DNA of 64,000 nucleotides from Crocinitomicaceae bacterium (GTDB lineage Bacteria > Bacteroidota > Bacteroidia > Flavobacteriales_D > CAJJDF01): contig JAHEIE010000018.1 of NCBI GenBank assembly GCA_024639505.1, forward strand, positions 2,777-66,776, in the 5' to 3' direction. The translations under genes and the position numbers were made by a program. The notes below the pieces were generated by a model that did not search any database, was not told the DNA's origin, and saw nothing but the letters and a program-made list of their open reading frames with translations. This document shows positions 21,824-30,186 of this stretch, piece after piece; the first letter of the stretch is position 1; every line of letters starts with the position of its first letter.

Positions 21824-23334
21824 ATTTGATTTTCTAAGTTTTTAACAATTTCTATTGTTGATCCATAGACATCTTCTCCTAACATCTTGGCTTTGAGCCA
21901 AGCGAAAAAACTCAATACAAATATATCTTCTTCGTACCTGGGTTTCTTCTCCAGTTTAGATTCTACAAATCGATGGAAGTGGGTGTTTTTTGCCTGAAAA
22001 GGATTTGAAACTACCTTTTGGATACAAATAAGAAAAAATAAAACCCTTTGATTCTCTGATAAAAATCGTTGATTATCAACTTCAAAACGAGTAATTAACC
22101 CTTCGCTGATCTCTATGTTTCCTAGCTCAAAATGAGTTAGAATTAAAATTAAGTTTTTTCTTAAGACCCATTCCAACCCATTTATTTCTATGAATTGTTT
22201 GTCAGTTTTTTTGAAATCGTGATAAAGTTTTAAAATGTATGAATATTTTTTTCCATGAAATAAAATCATTGACATCACTCCAAAACCATCCATCCAGTTT
22301 TTATTCGATTTAGGTAGTTTAGAAGTTTTGAGTAGTCCATTTAAGATCTCAAAAGCTTGCTTATTTTCGCCCAAATAATTAATATTTAATGATTTTAACA
22401 CGACTATCTTGAAGTGAAACTCATACGATAGAGCTACTCTTTTTGTTCTGGATAGTTTTAATATTCGATTCAAATAATCATTACTTTTTTTGAATTTTTT
22501 TGCCCTGTAATTAGCCGTTGATAATAAATAAAACAACTTGAACTTAAATGTCCATTGCCCAGAATTTTTTGGCTGTTTGGCATTCACAATTCGCTCTATT
22601 CTTTTCTCAAAATTATAAAGGTCCGCCACAAATGTTCTGGAAAAAGTAGATGCCGCAAAAGTAAGTTGAGCTAGCTGATACAATGCTCGGTAATTCAAAT
22701 CTCGATCAATTGAGATGTTTTGAGAAGAAAATAATTCTTCGATTTTATGCAGTACTTCGGCAGAGTTGCTTTTTTTAAAATAGGTATTCATTTCTTGTTT
22801 TACCTGAGCGTAGATTATCGCAATACTGTTCTGCTTTGATTCAATTTTTTTTAAAGATTTGTGCTTCAGCATTAACTTTTCAAGATCTAGGTCAGAATTA
22901 AGATGTGCGAATTGAATTAACTCAAAGATTATTTTTTCTGTTAAATCTGTAAAATCATTGTGCTCTGACTTGTTTAATGCCTTGTTGAGGCATTCAAAAC
23001 CCAGCTTATACTTTTTATTTAGCACTAGTTTTTTTCCAGCCTCAAAATGCAATTGAATGTCTTTTTGTTCTGCATCCAATTCTTTGTCCCTATGAGTTGC
23101 ATAATATTCTAAAACTAGATGGGTAAGCCTTTTTCTTAGGGCATAAAATGCCATGTTGGGATAAGTACCATATAGCTCTTCACAAATAACTTTTGAAGTA
23201 TAGCCATTGTAAATTAGGGTTAGAAAAGAATTAAGTTTTGTGTCTTTTTTACTCGTTGAATTTTTGACAAAAAGCTTAAAATGATGCTTTTCTTCTTTGT
23301 TAAATTCTTGAATTAATTGGAATGGACTGGTCAT
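21820..23334 (-). CDS. 504-aa all-helical cytoplasmic protein, possible HTH plus TPR-like regulator; last gene of the seven-gene operon
   Basis: No signal peptide. N-terminal segment YTSKVICEELYGTYPNMAFYALRKRLTHLV is HTH-like. The rest is a helical repeat. No family recognised. Confidence 0.55.
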   Translation of the reverse strand: MTSPFQLIQEFNKEEKHHFKLFVKNSTSKKDTKLNSFLTLIYNGYTSKVICEELYGTYPNMAFYALRKRLTHLVLEYYATHRDKELDAEQKDIQLHFEAGKKLVLNKKYKLGFECLNKALNKSEHNDFTDLTEKIIFELIQFAHLNSDLDLEKLMLKHKSLKKIESKQNSIAIIYAQVKQEMNTYFKKSNSAEVLHKIEELFSSQNISIDRDLNYRALYQLAQLTFAASTFSRTFVADLYNFEKRIERIVNAKQPKNSGQWTFKFKLFYLLSTANYRAKKFKKSNDYLNRILKLSRTKRVALSYEFHFKIVVLKSLNINYLGENKQAFEILNGLLKTSKLPKSNKNWMDGFGVMSMILFHGKKYSYILKLYHDFKKTDKQFIEINGLEWVLRKNLILILTHFELGNIEISEGLITRFEVDNQRFLSENQRVLFFLICIQKVVSNPFQAKNTHFHRFVESKLEKKPRYEEDIFVLSFFAWLKAKMLGEDVYGSTIEIVKNLENQI

Positions 23335-23358
23335 AAAATTGAATTACCCGTTACGTTA

Positions 23359-23853
23359 TTATAAATTCAGACTATATAAGTAACCTAATTTAAAACCAAT
23401 AGCCCTAGATTTTAAGATGTCTGTAGTGTTTGTATAGCTTTGAAAGCCATCGTTTAGGTAATGCTTATTGAATAATCCATGATAGTAATCAAATGAAAAG
23501 AACAAAGAATGTGTTGTATTTAGTTCATATCTAGCAGAAATTCCTGATAATAGCTCAATGTTAAATGTATTTGTATACTCAAAAGGACTTTTTTGGTCAA
23601 CAATTAATTGGGTGTTTTCTCTGTTTATGGTATAGGTAGAATCTTGGTGATTTAATTCTCCTTTTTCTGTTGCTTCAATATGATATACTTCATAACCATT
23701 AGCTATCAGGCTCAATGAAACACCTACTTTTGGAAGTAAGGTTAGTTTTTCTTTGAATGTGTAGAGTGAATATTGAACGGAAAGATTAGTTCTTATAAAA
23801 TCAACGTAATAGAATTCATTTAAAGTGGAGTTTAGGACTGTGTTTGTTTTCAT
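23359..23853 (-). CDS. 164-aa beta-strand-rich protein without signal peptide (barrel-like, possibly the C-terminal part of a split or frameshifted barrel)
   Basis: Its ATG overlaps the upstream stop (ATGA, 23850-23853). Alternating hydrophobic pattern, ends GFKLGYLYSLNL. Confidence 0.5.
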   Translation of the reverse strand: MKTNTVLNSTLNEFYYVDFIRTNLSVQYSLYTFKEKLTLLPKVGVSLSLIANGYEVYHIEATEKGELNHQDSTYTINRENTQLIVDQKSPFEYTNTFNIELLSGISARYELNTTHSLFFSFDYYHGLFNKHYLNDGFQSYTNTTDILKSRAIGFKLGYLYSLNL

Positions 23854-24572
23854 AATTTTAAATTATGAAAATTAAAAATTATTGATACATTCACTCCATA
23901 AAAGTTACTTCTGAAAGAATGAGGGTTCACCATAGAATATTCCTTCAGTGATTCAAAAGGTACTTCACTATTTGTATTTAGATTACCAAATCCTGTTAAA
24001 TAATTAAGGGTGAGCTGTATATCAAATTTTTTATTTAGCTTAACTCCACCACCAATAGCTCCTTCAGAAAAAAACTCTTCTAATCTCAATTTATTATTAT
24101 TTCTATCTATTGTGTTTTTTGAAACAAATGAATTATTAATGATGTCATATTCATTTAAGTCATAAGTTCCTTTAATAAATGTCCCCACACCTACTCCAAT
24201 TTTAATAAGCCCATAAAACCTATCTGGATTTCCAAGTTTTCTAGAAAATGAGGCGGAGAATCTGAGATAATTTAGTTTTGATTTAACTCTATAGTCTGAA
24301 CCATCACTCATTCTTTGTACCCAAAATAAATCGTTATTTGAAAGTATACTGGGTTTTAGGATTATACTATTTTTACTTGTCCAATGATGCTCAAATGGGA
24401 CTGAGAAATAAGCTGTATTTCCATTTATAGGAAAGAATTTTTCTGGACTACCAGAACCATAGAGCCTATTATTATTTTTGTAGAGACCAGCCTCAATACC
24501 AATACTATTATTACTCTGGGCAAAACCAAAAAAACCAAAAAAAAGGAATATTATGTTGATTGATATTTTCAT
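23850..24572 (-). CDS. 240-aa small outer-membrane beta-barrel-like protein
   Basis: Signal peptide MKISINIIFLFFGFFGFAQS. Beta-strand periodicity. C-terminal YGVNVSIIFNF... resembles an OMP beta-signal. Confidence 0.6.
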   Translation of the reverse strand: MKISINIIFLFFGFFGFAQSNNSIGIEAGLYKNNNRLYGSGSPEKFFPINGNTAYFSVPFEHHWTSKNSIILKPSILSNNDLFWVQRMSDGSDYRVKSKLNYLRFSASFSRKLGNPDRFYGLIKIGVGVGTFIKGTYDLNEYDIINNSFVSKNTIDRNNNKLRLEEFFSEGAIGGGVKLNKKFDIQLTLNYLTGFGNLNTNSEVPFESLKEYSMVNPHSFRSNFYGVNVSIIFNFHNLKL

Positions 24573-24574
24573 AT

Positions 24575-25816
24575 TTATTTTTCTTTAATGCATATAATAT
24601 TATTCCCAGCAGTACAATAAATATAACCATTAATAGGGTCGATATCCATATATTGATAAGAACCTCCCACGCCTTCAGCAAGTAATTCACGAGTGAGTAT
24701 TTGTTTTACAATCTCTCCATTCCCATCTAATTTATACAGCCCAGCTGTAGAGGTTAGGTAAATATGGTTGTTGTATTTTTTCATATTTGGAGACCAATTA
24801 TCAAACCCCATCGTGTTATTATAATTTTTATGTAAAGATCCATCACTTGTATTGATGATGTTGAGGTTGTAGTTATTACCTAGCGATTGCAATAACTTTC
24901 CATTAAGTATAAGCATTATTCCTTTTCCAGTTCTTTTAGAAGCAGAAACTTGAGTTCGCCAATTAATTGTTTTGTTTTGAAGGTTTAAAGATGACGAGCC
25001 AATAAAGCCTCCGTGTATAAAAACTATATTACTTTCAATTATTGGAGAGGACCCAATTGCACCATAGTTAAAATAACTTCCTAAATCCCAATACATGCTG
25101 TCGTTTGTGATGTCAATAGCAAAATATTCTCCTCTTTCAGTTGTAATACTAGGTTTATAGCCGATACTTTGCGTAAATATTATCTCATTTCCATTAGGAT
25201 GCTGATAGTACACCATTCCTTTTGGAGCTTGATTAAAACCATTTCTACCACTTCCATACAATGTGAATTTTTCAATAGAGCTACCGTTTACAGGATTTAT
25301 CGTGTATAATTTTGTGCTATCTCCCACTATTCCTCCTCCCAAATCGAAAAAAGCATATATTTTGTTATTTGCATAAATAAAATCGTTTAGTGTTTTGTTG
25401 CTGTTTCCATTTATAGACCATAAAATATTTCCACTAGTCACATCAATGCATCTCAAATCACCCTGTCCATCGAAATACAATTTATTGCCTATTAATAGTT
25501 GCTTTCTGTTACTCCCTTGATTATACTTAGCCCATAAAGTATCACCGGTAACTTTATCTAATGCTATAATAGTTTCGCTGTTTCCGAACCCTGCAGGATC
25601 AAGAAAGTAAATAACGTTAGAGGGAGTTACCACTGTAGAGTAACAAGTAAAACCCGTTGAACTTCTTTTATTCCATACTAGCTCAAAGTCTTCATTGAAG
25701 TCAGTTTTAGTAGAACCCGAAGTACAATCGGGTTCTAGTGTAGGCTCTTTTTTGCAACTCATCCCGAATTGCAAAAAGAGTAAAATAGCAAATACAATGT
25801 AAACCAATATTCTCAT
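24575..25816 (-). CDS. Beta-propeller (PQQ-like/BamB-like repeat) lipoprotein, paralogue 2
   Basis: Lipobox LLFLQFGMSC. Repeated xTGDxLW / TSGNILW motifs. Ends CIKEK. Paralogous to 25817..27052. Confidence 0.6.
   Translation of the reverse strand: MRILVYIVFAILLFLQFGMSCKKEPTLEPDCTSGSTKTDFNEDFELVWNKRSSTGFTCYSTVVTPSNVIYFLDPAGFGNSETIIALDKVTGDTLWAKYNQGSNRKQLLIGNKLYFDGQGDLRCIDVTSGNILWSINGNSNKTLNDFIYANNKIYAFFDLGGGIVGDSTKLYTINPVNGSSIEKFTLYGSGRNGFNQAPKGMVYYQHPNGNEIIFTQSIGYKPSITTERGEYFAIDITNDSMYWDLGSYFNYGAIGSSPIIESNIVFIHGGFIGSSSLNLQNKTINWRTQVSASKRTGKGIMLILNGKLLQSLGNNYNLNIINTSDGSLHKNYNNTMGFDNWSPNMKKYNNHIYLTSTAGLYKLDGNGEIVKQILTRELLAEGVGGSYQYMDIDPINGYIYCTAGNNIICIKEK
25742..25786. repeat. 45-nt segment shared with 26960..27004 (copy in paralogue 2)
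   Basis: Hand alignment gives 44/45 identical. It contains a 12-bp stem (25745-57 with 25769-80) around the lipobox codons. Confidence 0.85.
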
Positions 25817-27052
25817 TTATTTTTCTTTGATGCAAACAAAGCTGTAACCTCTTGTAGTGTATATATAGCCATTTGAAGGATCCACATCCATTCCACTTTG
25901 AGGACCTCCAGCAGTTTCACCAACATACTCAGAGAAATGTAAGTTTTGAATCATATTGCCGGTAGATGTTTCTACTATTCCCAATACATCAGTGGTAGTA
26001 AAATATACTTTATTATTGAAAAATCGTAATGGACTACCTCTGAAATTAGTCCCTATTCCTGAATAGGTTTTAAGTTGGTTGCCATTTAATAAATTCAACA
26101 CGTTAAAGTGGCCAAAGTTACCTACTTCTTTAAATAATTTACCATCTGCTATCACAGCATATTTTCCTCCAGTTTGGCTTGCTGTTGGTTCAGACACTTT
26201 CCAATTAGTTGACTTTGTTACTAGGTTAAGAGAAGCTACTCCTGCAAAACCACCACTAATATAAATGTTGTTTCCTTCCAATAAAGGAGTAAACCCTCTT
26301 GCAGAAGTATTAAAGTAGTTACCCAAGTCCCAGTACATACTATCTCCAGTAATATCAATTACAAAATAATCGCACCTTCCAACGCTTACATTCACACCAG
26401 TACTTTGGGCAAAAATAATTTCATTTCCATTTGGATGCTTCCAATAGGCTATTCCTCTGGGAGATTGACTGTATCCTGCTCTATCAGAGGTATAGACGGA
26501 ATAAAGGTGCATTGCAGAGCCACTAAGTGGATTTATCTTATACAAAGCAGTACTATCTGCTGAGTTGCCTTGATCAAAAAAAGCATAAATACTTCCATCG
26601 GCATACACATAATCAGATAAATATGCAGGGCTAAATCTCCAAACTTCATTTCCTGTTGAAGGATCGATGCACACTAATCTCTCATCAATATCTGAATAAA
26701 TATAATTACCTATTAATCTATGATTATTTGTGCCTCCAGTGGCATCTCTGTGCCATAAGGTATCTCCAGTAGATTTATTAAAAGCCACCATATAATCATT
26801 GTGTCCCGCTCCTTTCCATGTCCAGTAAATCACCTCATTGGGTGTTACAATTGTAGCTCTGCAACTGAAAACTTCATTCACCTTTACATCCCATATTAAG
26901 TCAAAGTTTTTATTCACTTTTACTGATGGATTTTCAGAGTTCTCGCAAGGCGCTATAGAAGGCTCTTTTTTGCAACTCATCCCGAGTTGCAAAAAGAGTA
27001 AAATGCTCATTAATATACTTGTCATTTGTATCATATTTTTATTTATTACCAT
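25817..27052 (-). CDS. Beta-propeller (PQQ-like/BamB-like repeat) lipoprotein, paralogue 1
   Basis: Lipobox LLFLQLGMSC. STGDTLW / STGNEVW repeats. Ends CIKEK. The ATG at 27052 overlaps the upstream gene by 7 nt; alternative ATGs lie at 27034 and 27025. Confidence 0.6.
   Translation of the reverse strand: MVINKNMIQMTSILMSILLFLQLGMSCKKEPSIAPCENSENPSVKVNKNFDLIWDVKVNEVFSCRATIVTPNEVIYWTWKGAGHNDYMVAFNKSTGDTLWHRDATGGTNNHRLIGNYIYSDIDERLVCIDPSTGNEVWRFSPAYLSDYVYADGSIYAFFDQGNSADSTALYKINPLSGSAMHLYSVYTSDRAGYSQSPRGIAYWKHPNGNEIIFAQSTGVNVSVGRCDYFVIDITGDSMYWDLGNYFNTSARGFTPLLEGNNIYISGGFAGVASLNLVTKSTNWKVSEPTASQTGGKYAVIADGKLFKEVGNFGHFNVLNLLNGNQLKTYSGIGTNFRGSPLRFFNNKVYFTTTDVLGIVETSTGNMIQNLHFSEYVGETAGGPQSGMDVDPSNGYIYTTRGYSFVCIKEK
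26960..27004. repeat. 45-nt segment shared with 25742..25786 (copy in paralogue 1)
   Basis: The single difference is A/G in the loop (Phe/Leu codon). The surrounding genes are far more diverged. Confidence 0.85.
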
Positions 27053-28788
27053 TTATGTAATCTAAAGAATTCAGGCATCGTAACATCATCGCCATTATAG
27101 ATTTTTCTGAGTGCATCGTCTGTTTCAATACAATTTCGCATTTGTAGATGATTTACTTTTCCTCGAGACATTCCACCCCCTGGCAATGGAACAGGTCCCA
27201 TGAAATTTTTATAATCATCAATACAACCTGGAAAAGCTTTTGCTGATGAAGCCAATACTGTTGCATCACTAGGGGTTTCTATTAGAGTTTTCTTAGTAGT
27301 AACTTCTAATTCATATGTAACATCATACTGTGTATAGATTGTTGATGTATAGGTTTGTGTCCAGCTTGTATCGTTGGGGCAATTCCCTGTTGAATTGAAT
27401 GTGCTTACTCTAGGTACGGTTGTAGTAAGATTACCATTATTATGAAAGGTAACGGTTTGTTTTTTTATGCAACGATAGCTTACAGTATCAATGAGGTATA
27501 AATTACTATCATTAACTGCTCCAATTATTGCTTTGTACTTTAGATTTACCTTATTTAGCTCCTGGTGTAATGCCATAAAGTCTCTTGAAATTAATTTTGT
27601 AACTCCATAGCGCGCCATATCACTATTCGATTTACCTATTCCCCTCCAAAAAGCGTAGAATCTTTTTGCTCTAGATAAATGCCAGTCTGCATGTCCTTTG
27701 TAAACATAGGACCATGCTTTTGCGTCTATTCGCATTTTTTCCATCGCATTTGCCAATTTGCTATCCTCATTTGCACCGAAAGTAGAAAAAGTATTAGGGC
27801 CGTTTACTAAGTAATAAGCCATTCTCCATAAAATAGGGTCTTCCTCCTGTCCCCAAAAAAGCGCTTTAGCAAGTTTTGGGTTAATGTATTGGTTTAACGT
27901 ATCGGTTAGATAAGTTGAGGTAGGGGTAAATTGTTTACCAATAGGATCTGTTTGGTCTTTAGTAAATTGGGTTAAAATTTTAGCTGCTAGAGAGTCGGCA
28001 AAATAATTGCCAATTTTACTTGGAGCTGTACTTAAAGCTCCTGTTCCAATAAAAGTTTGTGCTACCCATGGTAATCCTGTAATTAATTTATCTATTACAG
28101 TATCTAAACTTACTGCTAAAATTTTCCCTGCTAAATCTCCTCCTAAATGAGCTAATTCTTGCTGATTTCCAACGATTTCTGCACCTGCATGAGGGGACCC
28201 GAATGTAACGAGACCATAAAAATGTCTCTCTCCAGCTCTTATCAGAGGATCATAAAGATTACTAGAGTCATGTTTCATGTCCATATCTCTTGCTATTAAC
28301 CCACCCAAACTATGTGCTATTGCATAAGGTCTTGATACAGTATCAAAACCAGATGGGTAACCAAGTTTATATGAGCTAAGCTTAACTCCCATTTCTGTAT
28401 ATGCTTCGAAAGTAGCATTTGAAAAACTACTTTGATTTCCATAATAATCCAATTTGTAGGGTGCATATCTAAACTCTCGCACATGAGCATTATATGTTCT
28501 ATTCCAAGAAGTTTCATTACCACCTAATCCATGAATAAAATAAATTGGTCTAATAGAGTCTTTAAATCCTGCACGGTTTGTGCCTGAAGAAAAATACAAA
28601 GCTGTATCATCCCTCAATCCATTAGTCCAATCATGAACAACAGAGTCGAGTTTTGGTTTTATTATGGTTGATACTGATTGTGATTCAAATGGCTTATTAA
28701 GTTCTTTTACTTCGGGGTCTATTTGTGAAAGTCCCGAACTGGTTACTGCTATTAGCAGCGCAATTAATATGAGTTTTATAGTTTTCAT
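27046..28788 (-). CDS. Secreted alpha/beta-hydrolase with lipase-type nucleophile elbow and ~250-aa C-terminal region of unknown fold
   Basis: Signal peptide. IYFIHGLGGNETSW (oxyanion HG-like), AIAHSLGGLIA (A-H-S-L-G pentapeptide), FGSPHAGAE. Confidence 0.65.
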   Translation of the reverse strand: MKTIKLILIALLIAVTSSGLSQIDPEVKELNKPFESQSVSTIIKPKLDSVVHDWTNGLRDDTALYFSSGTNRAGFKDSIRPIYFIHGLGGNETSWNRTYNAHVREFRYAPYKLDYYGNQSSFSNATFEAYTEMGVKLSSYKLGYPSGFDTVSRPYAIAHSLGGLIARDMDMKHDSSNLYDPLIRAGERHFYGLVTFGSPHAGAEIVGNQQELAHLGGDLAGKILAVSLDTVIDKLITGLPWVAQTFIGTGALSTAPSKIGNYFADSLAAKILTQFTKDQTDPIGKQFTPTSTYLTDTLNQYINPKLAKALFWGQEEDPILWRMAYYLVNGPNTFSTFGANEDSKLANAMEKMRIDAKAWSYVYKGHADWHLSRAKRFYAFWRGIGKSNSDMARYGVTKLISRDFMALHQELNKVNLKYKAIIGAVNDSNLYLIDTVSYRCIKKQTVTFHNNGNLTTTVPRVSTFNSTGNCPNDTSWTQTYTSTIYTQYDVTYELEVTTKKTLIETPSDATVLASSAKAFPGCIDDYKNFMGPVPLPGGGMSRGKVNHLQMRNCIETDDALRKIYNGDDVTMPEFFRLHKW

Positions 28789-28830
28789 AATGTGTAGCTT
28801 AATATAATAAATAAAAAATTAATGTCGATT

Positions 28831-29865
28831 TTAAGGAATGTACATAAAAGTACAAGCAGGAACTGTTTGGTTTATTACTTCTATTATGTGAATCCCAAAT
28901 TGTAAATTCTCGGCAAAGAATAATGGATTGGCTTTCGAAACTTGAATGTTTTCCATTTTAATATTTCCTTGCATGTCTCTTACTCTTATTATAAAATCTG
29001 ATTCTGGACAGCTTTCTTCAAAAGTGAGTTGTATTTCTTGCGAACCACCCAATTGACTGGCAGATATACAGGAGTTAATTTCCTCTCCAGGATATTCAAC
29101 TTCTGGTTCTAAAGCTGGGTCAATAAAAGTTCGCACAATATTTTCATAATTAACGGAGTTCACGGTTTCCACGTAATCGTTGATACTAGAGTCGTAAGAT
29201 AAGCTCCTGTGCACTTCGTAATCCATCAATAAATGTCCTGATGCATCTCTTTGATAAGCAATAGTTGATTTTTCGATGTCTTGCAAACCGTCATTTACTG
29301 TCACTTCTTCTATCATGAGCTCTGCATTATAATAGTAGGTAGTTTCGTCAATCTTATATTCTAAGCTTAATTCCGTATTGGTTTTTATCTGTGCCCCTTC
29401 TCCTTCTAGGGCAAATACTTCTTCGTCAGAGATAGGCAGTTTCCAAAGCGGAGTAGCTAAATAATAAGAAGCAGCTTCTTCAGCAGGGACTAACTCTTGA
29501 GGTTGCAAAGCAAACCTAGAATAAATAACATCTCCCACATAGACAAAAGCACTGTCCTTTGTGATTTCAGTTTTAGTGGGTTTAACCAACCATTCTTCTG
29601 GTAACCCAATAGGAAATGAATGAAGAATTGTCTTTTCGACTGAACCGTCCGAGTAAATAATCTCAGAAAATTCGTCTTCGGTAACGGTAGGCATGTACTT
29701 TATTTTGTTGTACAAGCTCAAGTTTTCTTTGATGGATTCGTTAATATTATAACTAGCGGTGTTGACAGTAGTGTAAGACACTTGCATGGCTTCGTGGTCG
29801 TTTTGAGCGAAACAAAACATACCACCAATTAAAAACAAACTGGTAAGTATTATTTTCTTTTTCAT
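28831..29865 (-). CDS. Secreted hypothetical protein, first gene of the operon, with diverged T9SS-CTD-like tail
   Basis: Signal peptide MKKKIILTSLFLIGGMFCFAQ. Acidic body. The C-terminal IRVRDMQGNIKMEN...LQFGIHIIEVINQ resembles a sorting domain but lacks the YPNP motif. Confidence 0.55.
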   Translation of the reverse strand: MKKKIILTSLFLIGGMFCFAQNDHEAMQVSYTTVNTASYNINESIKENLSLYNKIKYMPTVTEDEFSEIIYSDGSVEKTILHSFPIGLPEEWLVKPTKTEITKDSAFVYVGDVIYSRFALQPQELVPAEEAASYYLATPLWKLPISDEEVFALEGEGAQIKTNTELSLEYKIDETTYYYNAELMIEEVTVNDGLQDIEKSTIAYQRDASGHLLMDYEVHRSLSYDSSINDYVETVNSVNYENIVRTFIDPALEPEVEYPGEEINSCISASQLGGSQEIQLTFEESCPESDFIIRVRDMQGNIKMENIQVSKANPLFFAENLQFGIHIIEVINQTVPACTFMYIP

Positions 29866-29974
29866 GATGTTTTGATTTTTAGGTTAAAAAAGGTTTCAAT
29901 ATTGAACAGTTAGATAGTGTTAACAGTGTCGAAACTAGCCAACATCATTCACATAAAAAAACAACCTTAAAAAA

Positions 29975-30015
29975 AATTGATTTATATATTTTTTTTTAAA
30001 AATTGTAAATCAATT
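29975..30015. promoter_or_regulatory. 10-bp perfect inverted repeat AATTGATTTA-N21-TAAATCAATT in the operon/rfbA divergent region
   Basis: Arms at 29975-84 and 30006-15, read directly. A second 7-bp repeat TGTTACT/AGTAACA lies at 30076-82 and 30095-101. Confidence 0.5.
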
Positions 30016-30186
30016 ATATAATAGTTATAAATTAGATATGAAAATAAATGAAATAAATTTTTGAGAATGTATTTATGTTACTGATTGAAATAATAGTAAC
30101 ATCATGAACACACGGCATTTACTGAATTAGTTTGTACATCCTTGAAAGAAAGCTTATTTTAGCATTTCAAAAACGACCCATTCACC

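Noticed and set aside
21820-29865. Phage-defence or toxin-antitoxin island
   Set aside because: No nuclease, helicase, ATPase Walker A, methyltransferase or small toxin-like ORFs were seen. Six of the seven products carry export signals or look like envelope proteins, which points to the envelope rather than nucleic-acid defence.
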